From NCBI GenBank assembly GCA_041675645.1, contig JBAYTN010000001.1, positions 145,061-209,060 on the forward strand: a DNA stretch of 64,000 nucleotides, in the 5' to 3' direction. The notes beneath the pieces are model-generated. The model did not search any database. It saw nothing but the letters and a program-made list of their open reading frames with translations, and was not told the origin of the DNA. The position numbers and the translations under genes are program-made. Of this stretch, positions 1 to 9,226 are shown one piece after another; the stretch's first letter is position 1; every line of letters starts with the position of its first letter. Source of the DNA: Melioribacteraceae bacterium. GTDB taxonomy: Bacteria; Bacteroidota; Ignavibacteria; Ignavibacteriales; Melioribacteraceae.

Positions 1-137
1 CACTTGAGGATCTATTTCGTTTTTCTCTTTCATCCTAATTACACCTAATCTTTCTGTTTTTAAGTTCTTAATTAACTATTTGTTACCGAGTTGCCGAACA
101 GGACAACACTAATGAAATGTCCCACCTTTTTAGAGTA

Positions 138-959
138 TTATGATTTTGCCAAAACATTAATCAGTTTTTGGCAGCCGCCGTTTTTTATAAATTCCGTATG
201 ATCATTTATTGTTTTGAAATGCTGTCCGCATATTTTCCAACATTCCATCTTATAACTAGTCTCCTCAAAGAATGTTGTCATAATTTTATTCAAACCCGGA
301 TCGGATAATGAATGTTTATAGTTTTGTTGTCTTACTCTAGCCAGTGTATTCATCCATATTGCGGCACTTAAAGCTCCGCATGCATTACCGCTAAGACCAA
401 ATCCTCCGGCAAATCCCGCAACCATTACCATTTCTTCATTACTTCCACCCATCTTCTTAACTACTTCTGAAGCGCAGCTTACCGGTAATTCTGGTGAATC
501 TGTAGGTTGTTGAGATAAACCCGCGTTTGCCGATTGGATTGCCTCTGGCGCCCATTTATCCGCGAGATTAAAACAGATTAAAGGTTTACCCGTGATTAAA
601 AATTTAGCCAAACCAAATTTGCCGTTAAAATCGCAATTAGTAATTACACCGCAGTTAGCACTTTTTGCTCTATTGATGAATGATTCCAAGATGTATTGAG
701 TTGCACTTATAGCGTGGGCAATAGCTTCTCCGTGGTTTTCATATCTGCGGAAGGATTCGGCTCCAACGGCTAACGCCGCTCCCCACAGCATTCCACATTG
801 ATATCCTTCTTGAGCTATCCCGCCGGCAAGCGGATCTGAGGCTTGCTCTTCTTCTTCCTTTAAGTTGCCGAATTCACGATTTAGAATATAGAAGAGTGTG
901 CGAGAGCAAGTTCCCTTTTTCAAAAACACTTTCTTTGTATCACTTTTTTTTGCTTTCAT
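138..959 (-). CDS. C_GCAxxG_C_C family Cys-rich protein (putative redox protein)
   Basis: 273-aa ORF. Contains ...GNACGALSAAIWM... (GCAxxG core) flanked by Cys residues (CGVITNCDF; C-terminal CQKL). Fits the C_GCAxxG_C_C family pattern. Confidence 0.55.
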   Translation of the reverse strand: MKAKKSDTKKVFLKKGTCSRTLFYILNREFGNLKEEEEQASDPLAGGIAQEGYQCGMLWGAALAVGAESFRRYENHGEAIAHAISATQYILESFINRAKSANCGVITNCDFNGKFGLAKFLITGKPLICFNLADKWAPEAIQSANAGLSQQPTDSPELPVSCASEVVKKMGGSNEEMVMVAGFAGGFGLSGNACGALSAAIWMNTLARVRQQNYKHSLSDPGLNKIMTTFFEETSYKMECWKICGQHFKTINDHTEFIKNGGCQKLINVLAKS

Positions 960-1086
960 AAATAATCCATATAGTTTTAATCGCTATTCGAGTATGTTCG
1001 GAATAGTGTACTTATAGCCTCAAGGATGGAAGTCCTGACGCAACGGAAAAGACGACTCGAATAAGCGGTCGTTGTTGAAACGCATG

Positions 1087-1815
1087 TTAACCACTTTTAA
1101 CTTTACTTAAACGCAATAAAAAATCAGCGACGACTTTGTCTGGGTAATTGTAACATTTTACAGCATCATAAAACTCTATAAAAAATAATCCATAATCTTT
1201 AAATAATCTTGCGCGATCATGATCCTTCATGGCATTTGCCCCAGTATGATATTGATCTCCCATAACTTCAAGTATTCCCCAGTTTCCATTTTGACATATG
1301 AGAAAATCTGGCTCCCTTTTAATTCCCTTGTTTCCAAGAATTGCTGTTGAATTTGCGAAGAATAAGACATCTCTTTTTTTAAGTTCATCATAAACTTTTA
1401 TTTCTGTTTTTGACCTAAATCGTAAGCCATCATATTCAATTGGTGCGCTAGATTGGAGCGTTCCACTATTTTGCAATAATTCGTCATCATCTGGAGGTGC
1501 TTCTAAAAGCGGAGAAATGATAACCTCACAAAGATCATATCCAGCTTCTTTTGGAAAAACAACATCAACTGCTTTGAATAATTCACTCTTCAGATCGTCA
1601 TTAAATTTATGTAATGAATCAACCTTTACGTATAGAATGAATGTATAATCATAGGAATTCCATCTTCTATGAGAAAATGATGAAGTTGTTGCAAAATGAC
1701 ATCTTGATCCAAGTAATAATGAAGCAAGTTCGACATTCTTAACAGAATCAAAATAACTTCTCAAAGTGTGCAAGAATACCCTCTCGTCTGGAAGTTCGTA
1801 TGTAAAATCACTCAT
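1087..1815 (-). CDS. hypothetical protein with C-terminal DUF559/Vsr-like PD-(D/E)xK endonuclease-like domain
   Basis: 242-aa ORF. The C-terminal ~100 aa (EIKVYDELKKRDVLFFANS...REPDFLICQNGNWGILEVMGDQYH...DHDRARLFKDYGLFFIEF) matches the DUF559 (Mrr_cat/Vsr-like) core: E-x-L... PDF... hEVDG..YH...D..R...L...G. I did not recognise the N-terminal ~120 aa. Confidence 0.4.
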   Translation of the reverse strand: MSDFTYELPDERVFLHTLRSYFDSVKNVELASLLLGSRCHFATTSSFSHRRWNSYDYTFILYVKVDSLHKFNDDLKSELFKAVDVVFPKEAGYDLCEVIISPLLEAPPDDDELLQNSGTLQSSAPIEYDGLRFRSKTEIKVYDELKKRDVLFFANSTAILGNKGIKREPDFLICQNGNWGILEVMGDQYHTGANAMKDHDRARLFKDYGLFFIEFYDAVKCYNYPDKVVADFLLRLSKVKSG

Positions 1816-2089
1816 AAATATTCCAAGATTTATGATTAGCTATTAATTAACACGCGAGCGAACAATAAACCCAGATCGTTATCCACCAGCGTCGATTCAA
1901 TTTATTCGATAGAAATCTATTTAGAAAATTCTTAGTTCTTACTTCTTCGTTCACTTCCGGTTCCCCCGTAATTGATTTGTATGGAACCACGTTGTTGTTT
2001 GCAACTTAGCCATTGAAGGTTAGATAATCAAGAATTGGAAAATCTGCAATCTACTTTTGCAAAGGCTCTTTTTAGTTTAAGGCTAGAGA

Positions 2090-2512
2090 CTACTTAGTGT
2101 TCAGCTTAACAGTAATAAGCTCCTTTGCGGATTCGATATTATTCTTATTCTTCATCACAAGTGTCAGTCCTCGGATTTTGCCGTACCGCTTTCCTTCCAT
2201 AAAGTCTTTTTTCAGTTCATCGGGTATCGCGCTATTCAAAATTGCCGGCTCGGCTTTATCGCCAAAGTAAAAAGTAATCCTGAACGCTTTAGGAATTACA
2301 GAAAGCCAGAAGATTGTATTGGCTTTGTGAGTAATCTTCATCAGCCAGCTTTTGCCGTCGTTATAGTAGCGCCACTCTTCTTTAAAATCGGGATGGTTTG
2401 CATGAATGTGATCGAATAAGGCTTCCCAATATGTTTGCGTTTTGCCGATGTGGGAGAAAATAACTTCTTCGGTTGGATAGATTTCTTTGTCTTTGAGAAC
2501 TAGGTCGTTCAT
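2090..2512 (-). CDS. DUF3788 family protein
   Basis: 140-aa ORF with the EWRYYNDGKSWLMKI segment characteristic of DUF3788 proteins. Confidence 0.55.
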   Translation of the reverse strand: MNDLVLKDKEIYPTEEVIFSHIGKTQTYWEALFDHIHANHPDFKEEWRYYNDGKSWLMKITHKANTIFWLSVIPKAFRITFYFGDKAEPAILNSAIPDELKKDFMEGKRYGKIRGLTLVMKNKNNIESAKELITVKLNTK

Positions 2513-2577
2513 TTATTCACCCGTATAAACTTACAGCGAAAACTATCGGGTTAAGATTTGAGAAGCAAGTTTGTGTT

Positions 2578-2845
2578 CCTTCTCCTTACTAAGGAGAAGG
2601 TGTCCCGCTAAGCGGGACGGATGAGGTAGGTTTTGCAATGTGGTTTTTCTACCTCACCCTAAATCCCCAATGCTGTCTGGTTAAATACATTAGGCTTTGG
2701 ACTAAAGTCCAATAGGAGGTACTATACTTATAACCCCGCGCTTAAGCGCGGGGTTAATTCAAGAAAAAAATGAATGGGCTTTAGCCCACAACTTAACATG
2801 ATAGCATTGCCCTAAATCCCTCTCCTCAAAAAAAGAGAGGGATTT
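2578..2845. repeat. array of seven distinct short palindromic hairpins in one intergenic spacer
   Basis: Palindromes read directly from the sequence: 2578-2600 ccttctcctta/c/taaggagaagg; 2602-2618 gtcccgc-taa-gcgggac; 2623-2655 gaggtag...ctacctc; 2697-2712 ttggact-aa-agtccaa; 2732-2755 aaccccgcgcttaagcgcggggtt (perfect 24-mer); 2775-2788 tgggctttagccca; 2814-2845 aaatccctctc...gagagggattt. The short repeat ccctaaatccc occurs at 2657 and at 2811. Confidence 0.6.
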
Positions 2846-2854
2846 TTAAAACCA

Positions 2855-5086
2855 TTACACGCCCAGCAAATACTGAATCTTAACAAAGTATTGCTGAGCT
2901 GTGTTCTTCAAACCGATTTCATTGTATTCGGCATAACTTGATGTAGCGCCGGCGTAGAATGTTGTAAACGCATTCAGCTTATAGCTGAAAAGAGGATACA
3001 GATTAAACGATTTATCGAATGAATTGTACTGAGTAATAACACGCACGTACATTTCCGAATTGAATTGATAGATGCCTACTATGCGGTAAATGTTGCCGTC
3101 ATAAAATAAATTTTCCTTTGCTTTGCCGGAAAGATTAGCGCGTGAGTAATCGAACGAGATATTGATTTTAGAACTTGGGCGGACAGTCATACCGGCGTAG
3201 AAATTATGTCCTTCACCCATCTCCGGCTTAGATGATCTGTAAATGAAATTTCCGATTTGTCCGTTTGCGTAAAAGGAAAGTTCTTTAATTGGACGCGTGT
3301 TTATATTGAAAATAATTCTATTAATTTTTTCGAACCAGACGTTGCCGAAGCGTTCATCATTTACCAACAAATAGTTAATAGAAATATTTGTCTGTCCCTT
3401 TAGTGTAAAGTAAAGCTGCGGCATTACATACTGCTCTCGCTTAATACCACTGAAATTAAACTGCATTTCTCCTTGCAGAGAAATTCCCCAGCTATCAATA
3501 AAAGAATCCGTAGGATAGAATTGATATTCATGTTCCATATACAGCTGACGGTAATTTACTTGCCCGAACAATCCGTTATAAGTTTGATACGTAGGGGAGA
3601 AATTATTAAACACAGTTGCAAAACTATACGCGCGGCTATTGTAAGAAAGAGAAAGATGTAGACCATCGCCCGAATAACTTTCACCATCAAAGGCAGCTGT
3701 ATGATTTGTATTTCCAAACTTTCTTGTATTGCCAAACAGCGCTGTGTTATTTAATTCTTTTGTCTTGCTTAAAAAACCTTCTCCGCTAAAGTACCAGTTG
3801 GACCAAAACTTATAATTCCAGTCGAGACCTATAACATAATTGCTTGCGTCATCAATGTTTCTTCCAAGCCCAAGCAAGCCTAAATAATTTTCATCGCCAA
3901 AATCGTAACGTAATCTTCCAATTGTTGCCAAAGATTTCAAATCGGTAGAAACAAGATTGCTTCTTTCTTCACCCGGAACTTCAACAATAGTATTTCTATC
4001 GTAAGCGGAAAGAACCAGATAAGAAAGATTGCCGCTCTTTCCTAAAACTCTACCGGCACCTAAAGGATTATTAATAGAACGTGAATAATACATTGGCGTT
4101 TGAAGCAGATCATTTCCGGTTAAGAAGAAGGGACGCTTCTCATCATAATTAAGAGCAAATGTTGTGTTGATTTCAATTTGTTCAGCATCGGATTCAATCT
4201 GGCTGAAATCGGGATTGATAACCGCTTCAAGTGATAATGCTTGGCTAGGAGAATATTTTAATCCGGCACCGATTCTTCCTTTTAACGGATCGAATTTAAA
4301 TTTAGAAGATGGATTGTCAAAATCTGTTAACTGACCATTGCTTTGACCAATAACATAAGGAAGCAATTCTAAATTTCCACCGCTCTTAATGTTTTTTAAT
4401 CCGGTTAGCAACCCAGCTTGCGGCATAAAGGTTGGAATGTTTCTATCAACCTTCATCCAAGAGACTTGATAACGGCTCTCTCTAGGAATGGTTCTAATAA
4501 CATGCATAGGCCATGTGTGTTCTTCTTTTTCCGAAAAGGCTAAACTCTTGAATGGGATTTTCAATTCAGCAGTCCAGCCATGGTCGTTTAAGGAAGCCGC
4601 CGAGTACCAGATATAATCCATCGAGGCATCTTCATTATCCATTGTAGCTAAAAGGTCACCTTGGTTGCCGTATGGATTAACCGCAAACTCGTAAGATTTT
4701 TGGTAATCGCCGTAAGTATCGAACACAACAATTACAAAATCATCATTATAAATTTTATCACGGTCGCTAACGTTAGCGCGTATGCTTTTCGGATCGTCGT
4801 CCAAGCAATCGAATCCGAAATAGAGAAACTCATTATCGTAAAGAATTCTTACGGTGGTTTTCTGTTTGGATTGGGTATTATCGCCGGGACGGATTTCATA
4901 GTTAAGTTCGAATGACTTGGCTTTATTCCACTGCGGATTATCAAGCTTTCCAGTCAATTCAATAGGAGAATCTATCCTTTCGGCATTAATTGCCGGTTTC
5001 TGTTCCGGTGATGTTTGCTGGGCTTTGATAATTGCGAAGAATGCAAAAAATAAAAGTCCCCATAACGTTGTAGATTTTAACTTCAT
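2855..5086 (-). CDS. DUF5916 domain protein with N-terminal CBM9-like domain (secreted/outer membrane)
   Basis: 743 aa with signal peptide MKLKSTTLWGLLFFAFFAIIKAQQ. The N-terminal region (LDNPQWNKAKSFELNYEIRPG...VRILYDNEFLYFGFDC.D...DDFVIVVFDTYGD..KSYEFAVNPYGNQGD) resembles carbohydrate-binding family 9 / DUF5916 proteins of Bacteroidota. Confidence 0.55.
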   Translation of the reverse strand: MKLKSTTLWGLLFFAFFAIIKAQQTSPEQKPAINAERIDSPIELTGKLDNPQWNKAKSFELNYEIRPGDNTQSKQKTTVRILYDNEFLYFGFDCLDDDPKSIRANVSDRDKIYNDDFVIVVFDTYGDYQKSYEFAVNPYGNQGDLLATMDNEDASMDYIWYSAASLNDHGWTAELKIPFKSLAFSEKEEHTWPMHVIRTIPRESRYQVSWMKVDRNIPTFMPQAGLLTGLKNIKSGGNLELLPYVIGQSNGQLTDFDNPSSKFKFDPLKGRIGAGLKYSPSQALSLEAVINPDFSQIESDAEQIEINTTFALNYDEKRPFFLTGNDLLQTPMYYSRSINNPLGAGRVLGKSGNLSYLVLSAYDRNTIVEVPGEERSNLVSTDLKSLATIGRLRYDFGDENYLGLLGLGRNIDDASNYVIGLDWNYKFWSNWYFSGEGFLSKTKELNNTALFGNTRKFGNTNHTAAFDGESYSGDGLHLSLSYNSRAYSFATVFNNFSPTYQTYNGLFGQVNYRQLYMEHEYQFYPTDSFIDSWGISLQGEMQFNFSGIKREQYVMPQLYFTLKGQTNISINYLLVNDERFGNVWFEKINRIIFNINTRPIKELSFYANGQIGNFIYRSSKPEMGEGHNFYAGMTVRPSSKINISFDYSRANLSGKAKENLFYDGNIYRIVGIYQFNSEMYVRVITQYNSFDKSFNLYPLFSYKLNAFTTFYAGATSSYAEYNEIGLKNTAQQYFVKIQYLLGV

Positions 5087-5252
5087 ACAGACTGCTCCAA
5101 ACTTTCCGAAGAATTTAAATGATGGAATTTGTTTTACGGTTTTTAGACGCGCTTGAATAAGAAAACGTTACTTACTTATCAAAATTTATTTTAACAGAGT
5201 TTGGGAAATGGGAAAGCAAAAGAATCTTTAAAAAGGAATGTGAAATTAAAAA

Positions 5253-5969
5253 CTACTCCAGTAGCTGGGAAAGAGAATAAATTGTAGTAATGTTTTCAAA
5301 TTCTTTTGGAGTGTCTGTTTGATTGCCGCCGTTATGCTTAATTAAAATTGGTTTTATTCCCGCCGCAATTGCGCCGTAAATATCATCTTTGCTGTCCCCC
5401 ACAAAAACTACTTCGCCGTTCTTCAATCCGGTTTGGGCCAGCGCAATACTAAATATTTCCGGATTAGGCTTTTTAATCTCCACCGCATCGGAAACAAGTA
5501 TTGGATTAAGATATTTATCTAGTTGATGTTTCTCAACAACTCTATGAATATGTGGAAGGTGGTCAAAGTTGGTTATTAAAGCAAGCGTTTTGTTTTTTTG
5601 AATTTCTTTCAGAACGAAACCGGCATCAGCCGCCAACGTAATGTTGTTCTGCCAGAGGTTTACGGTTTCATCCGCGAAGGCTGTTAGTTCATCTCCGGAA
5701 ATTGTTATTCCAAGTTTTTTCAGCCATAGATTAATTTTGGTTTCATAAGTTGTTAATCCAAGTGTTTTATCTTTCTCAATATCGCTTTCTAAAATATCAG
5801 CGCAAATATTACTTACCTCACTTAGAGAAATATCCTTATGCTTCAGAATGAATTTATAATATGAATTCACCCAATCGGCATTTGATTGTTGCGCATCGTT
5901 AAAGACGAGTAGAGTTCCATACAAATCGAAGAAAACACCCTTGAAATCAGCCAGAAGTTTGCCGTTCAT
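5253..5969 (-). CDS. HAD family hydrolase
   Basis: Motif I FFDLYGTLL near the N-terminus and motif IV VGDSKDDIYGAIAAG near the C-terminus. Confidence 0.8.
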   Translation of the reverse strand: MNGKLLADFKGVFFDLYGTLLVFNDAQQSNADWVNSYYKFILKHKDISLSEVSNICADILESDIEKDKTLGLTTYETKINLWLKKLGITISGDELTAFADETVNLWQNNITLAADAGFVLKEIQKNKTLALITNFDHLPHIHRVVEKHQLDKYLNPILVSDAVEIKKPNPEIFSIALAQTGLKNGEVVFVGDSKDDIYGAIAAGIKPILIKHNGGNQTDTPKEFENITTIYSLSQLLE

Positions 5970-5987
5970 ATTCCTATCATGATCTCA

Positions 5988-6740
5988 TTATTTTAGAATA
6001 GTAATCACTTCGTTATGAATTGTTCCACCGGTAGCGATTATGCTGTTTCCGGTTTCGGCATTGCCTCCTTGGTAATCCGTAATAGCTCCTCCGGCTCCTC
6101 TAATTACCGGAATAACCGCCATAGAATCCCACACGCTCATAATCGGGTCTATCATAATATCCGCGTATCCGGTTGCAACAAGATAGTAGCCGTAACAGTC
6201 GCCCCACTGCCGGTAAACTTTTACTTGATGCATCAATTCTTCAAACTTTTTAATATTCTGGTACTTTTCAATGTGAATATGATCTGTGGTTAAGAGTGTG
6301 GCCGAAGCAATATCACTACATTCACGCACATGAACTTTAGTGCCGTTAAGCTCGGCTGTTTCGTTATCTCCAATTAAATACTCTTTAAGCACCGGCTGAT
6401 TAATTACACCTAGAATTGGTTTCCCGTTTTTCGTTAAGGCAATCAATGTTCCGAACGTAACAGTACCATGAATAAAACTCTTCGTTCCGTCGATAGGATC
6501 GAGAATCCATTTGTATTCCGCATTGGAATTATACTCACCGAATTCTTCACCCAGTATTCCATGTTCGGGAAAGCGCTTCATAATCATTTCCCGCATCATC
6601 TCTTCTGCTTTTTTATCGGCAATTGTAACGGGAGTTGAATCGGCTTTGTTATCGATAGAAAATTCTTTGCGCCAATATTGGTTAATTATTTTACCGCTCT
6701 CATCGGCAAGTAGTCTGCAAAAGTCTTTTAATTCGTTCAT
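5988..6740 (-). CDS. inositol monophosphatase family protein (HisN/SuhB-like phosphatase)
   Basis: IMPase signatures ILDPIDGTKSFIHG and WDSMAVIPVIRGAGGAITD. Confidence 0.8.
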   Translation of the reverse strand: MNELKDFCRLLADESGKIINQYWRKEFSIDNKADSTPVTIADKKAEEMMREMIMKRFPEHGILGEEFGEYNSNAEYKWILDPIDGTKSFIHGTVTFGTLIALTKNGKPILGVINQPVLKEYLIGDNETAELNGTKVHVRECSDIASATLLTTDHIHIEKYQNIKKFEELMHQVKVYRQWGDCYGYYLVATGYADIMIDPIMSVWDSMAVIPVIRGAGGAITDYQGGNAETGNSIIATGGTIHNEVITILK

Positions 6741-6894
6741 ATCACTCTCTTTAGAATATCTTGGTTTATCTTTTGTCCTCGACTTCGCTCGGGCTGACGG
6801 ACTTTTTTATAAAGACAATTTTAGAATTGTTTCGTTTCCAATGCAAAGATATTTCAAACAAGTCTTTATCAAAAATTATATTTTTGTAAAGGTT

Positions 6895-7857
6895 ATGAAT
6901 ACTTATAAAGCAAATAACGAAAGTGTGCTTAGTGCATCGGAGATTATTAAGTCGGGCGGACTTGTTGCATTCCCGACCGAAACCGTTTACGGTTTAGGGG
7001 CAGATGGATTAAACCCGATTGCCGTTGCAAAAATTTTCGAGGCTAAGAAGCGCCCTACTTTTAATCCTTTGATTCTTCACATAGCAGATAGAATCTGGTT
7101 AAAGAAACTCACTTCTATTGAAAATGGAAGAATTGAACAGTTAATAAATAGGTTTTGGCCGGGACCTTTAACACTTGTTCTTCCAAAGACAGAACTTGTA
7201 CCCGATATTGTTACTTCAGGCAATCCGACAGTTGCGGTTAGAATGCCTAATCATCCGGTAGCTCTCCAGTTAATTGAAATGAGCGAAAGACCAATTGCCG
7301 CACCGAGCGCAAACAAGTTCGGGCATCTTAGTCCAACCGAAGCAGTCCACGTTGCAAAATATCTTGGTGATAAAGTTGATATGATTCTTGACGGAGGCAA
7401 ATGCTCTGTTGGTTTGGAATCAACAATTGTACAGTTTTACAATGATGAGTTTTATTTACTCCGCCACGGCGGCTTATCTAAAGAAGATATTGAAAAAGAG
7501 ATCGGTGAGATTAAAATTGGAATCGTGGATGAAAACAAGCCAAACTCTCCGGGTCAGCTTCCATTTCATTATTCGCCCAACACTCCGCTAAAGTTTTTCA
7601 GTGAGAAACTTCTGGACACAAATAAAAAGATTGGTGTGTTGTTCTTCAAAGAAAATAAATATGAGTTCCCTTTTACGGATGCGCGTGTGCTTTCACCAAA
7701 CGGCAATCTCCGCGAAGCGGCCGCAAATTTATTTTCTTTTCTGCATGATCTCGAAAAAGAAAACCTCGATTTAATTCTTGTTGAGCCGATTGAAGAAAGG
7801 GGTTTGGGGCGGGCAATTATGGATAGACTTCGTAAAGCAACAAAACAGCACGATTAA
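6895..7857 (+). CDS. tsaC: L-threonylcarbamoyladenylate synthase (Sua5/YrdC family, long Sua5-type form)
   Basis: From the ATG at 6895 the protein reads MNTYKANNESVLSASEIIKSGGLVAFPTETVYGLGADGLNPIAVAKIFEAKKRPTFNPLILH..., the YrdC/Sua5 core, with a C-terminal Sua5 domain (321 aa). The 448-aa ORF in the track starts at 6511 and would overlap the convergent IMPase gene, so I trimmed it to this ATG. Confidence 0.8.
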   Translation: MNTYKANNESVLSASEIIKSGGLVAFPTETVYGLGADGLNPIAVAKIFEAKKRPTFNPLILHIADRIWLKKLTSIENGRIEQLINRFWPGPLTLVLPKTELVPDIVTSGNPTVAVRMPNHPVALQLIEMSERPIAAPSANKFGHLSPTEAVHVAKYLGDKVDMILDGGKCSVGLESTIVQFYNDEFYLLRHGGLSKEDIEKEIGEIKIGIVDENKPNSPGQLPFHYSPNTPLKFFSEKLLDTNKKIGVLFFKENKYEFPFTDARVLSPNGNLREAAANLFSFLHDLEKENLDLILVEPIEERGLGRAIMDRLRKATKQHD

Positions 7858-7862
7858 AAATC

Positions 7863-8693
7863 TTATACGCATATACGCAGTTTAGTAATCGCATCTTTTA
7901 AAAAATTGGGTATAACTACTTTTCTCGTTTGCCTAATTCCTTCTTCAGACTCGAGCATGCTAAGCATTTCAAAATATTTTTCTTCGCCATACTTGCTTAC
8001 AACATGCTCTTTTCTTTCCGGTTGACGAAAATGATGATACATGCTAGCTGCATCAGCTTCGGGATGAAATTGCGTTCCGGCAAATTCATCATTAATTCTG
8101 ATTGCCATGATTGCTCGTTCGTAAGGAACGTGCTCTCTAATTTTTTCGAGACAAAGAATTTTTGCGCCGAGTTCTTCAAAAGCTATTCTGTTTGGCTGAA
8201 CTACTTGCCATTCGCGGAAGTCAGCCGCGTAGAACATATCTTGTAATCCATGAAGCAAACTATCTTCTTTACCAAATTCTGTTAGGTGAACCGGCATTAC
8301 ACCAAATGATTTTGAGTGGCGCTTAATTACTTCGCCGAGCTTAAAATACCCTGCCATTATCTGGAACGAGTGACAGATGAAGAAAACGTATTTCTTTCTT
8401 TCATTGTTATGGTTGTGTGTCCAGATAAAATCGAGTAGACGAAAATATTTTGATTCCCATGCGCTGCCCACACCATCCCAAGGACTTCCCGGTCCTCCGG
8501 AAGAAATATAAATATCATATTCCAGATTCGGGAGCTCGAGTTTATTTCTTGTCTCGTAAAAATTGTATGAAAGAGAAACATCCGGATGATTGCAGTCAGT
8601 TTCATTTAATATATCTCGGAGACAGCGAATCCCTTGATTCTCCTCTCCGTTATACAAATCAATTACTGCAACTTTTATTTCTTGTTCTTTCAA
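7863..8693 (-). CDS. type 1 glutamine amidotransferase-like protein
   Basis: 276 aa. Conserved nucleophile elbow FFICHSFQ and a C-terminal FHPEAD-type His/Glu region typical of class I GATases. Confidence 0.6.
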   Translation of the reverse strand: MKEQEIKVAVIDLYNGEENQGIRCLRDILNETDCNHPDVSLSYNFYETRNKLELPNLEYDIYISSGGPGSPWDGVGSAWESKYFRLLDFIWTHNHNNERKKYVFFICHSFQIMAGYFKLGEVIKRHSKSFGVMPVHLTEFGKEDSLLHGLQDMFYAADFREWQVVQPNRIAFEELGAKILCLEKIREHVPYERAIMAIRINDEFAGTQFHPEADAASMYHHFRQPERKEHVVSKYGEEKYFEMLSMLESEEGIRQTRKVVIPNFLKDAITKLRICV

Positions 8694-8746
8694 TCAAATT
8701 CCTTTCGTTTGAAAACAACGCCGCAATTTTACATCAAAGTAGTAGG

Positions 8747-9226
8747 CTAAACAAATATCTGATCCATATGGTGCCTGAGATGAAAATAGTAATCGCGGAT
8801 AAAATAATCCAAGGTTGCCGGTTTGTTTTCCGGAATTCCCACCGAAGCAATATCATACAAATTATGTTTTTTTCTTTCTGCCAGAATCACTTCATCCTGA
8901 ATTTCTCCGGCAAGATGAGCGATTAGGAAATTAAACCCTTTCCACAATTCTACCAGTGCGAACCAGTTTACATATTGATAATTCTGAACCCGCACCCATT
9001 TGTCTTGGTCGTAGCCAAGAAATACAAGACTATCTTGAAACTGCGCGCGTACAAATCTTTGGTGATTGTTTGATGCCGAATCAATCAAATGGCCTAAGAT
9101 TTCTTTCTTAGACCATTTTCCATCTTGCTTCGATGAAGCTTCACCATCTCCCATCAATAACAGTTTAGCGTATGATTCAAGAAGATATTCTTTTTGTTCA
9201 TCAAGAAAACTTTTTAATGAATTCAT
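8747..9226 (-). CDS. DinB/YfiT-like family protein
   Basis: 159 aa with LGHLIDSASNNHQRF and HLAGE motifs of DinB_2-like four-helix-bundle metalloproteins. Its start overlaps the tricorn gene stop by 4 nt. Confidence 0.5.
   Translation of the reverse strand: MNSLKSFLDEQKEYLLESYAKLLLMGDGEASSKQDGKWSKKEILGHLIDSASNNHQRFVRAQFQDSLVFLGYDQDKWVRVQNYQYVNWFALVELWKGFNFLIAHLAGEIQDEVILAERKKHNLYDIASVGIPENKPATLDYFIRDYYFHLRHHMDQIFV

Noticed and set aside
1-33. Possible 11-codon start (MKEKNEIDPQV) of a minus-strand gene running off the left edge
   Set aside because: Too short to evaluate, so not called.
3473-5156. Plus-strand ORFs 3473..3661, 4661..4915, 4917..5156 inside or next to the DUF5916 gene
   Set aside because: They are antisense to a 743-aa signal-peptide protein. 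The composition is typical of spurious ORFs in an AT-rich genome.
6511-6894. Upstream extension of the tsaC/sua5 ORF (track ORF 6511..7857, 448 aa)
   Set aside because: The first 128 codons are antisense to the well-supported IMPase gene (5988..6740) and have no family resemblance. The YrdC/Sua5 homology begins at the ATG at 6895.
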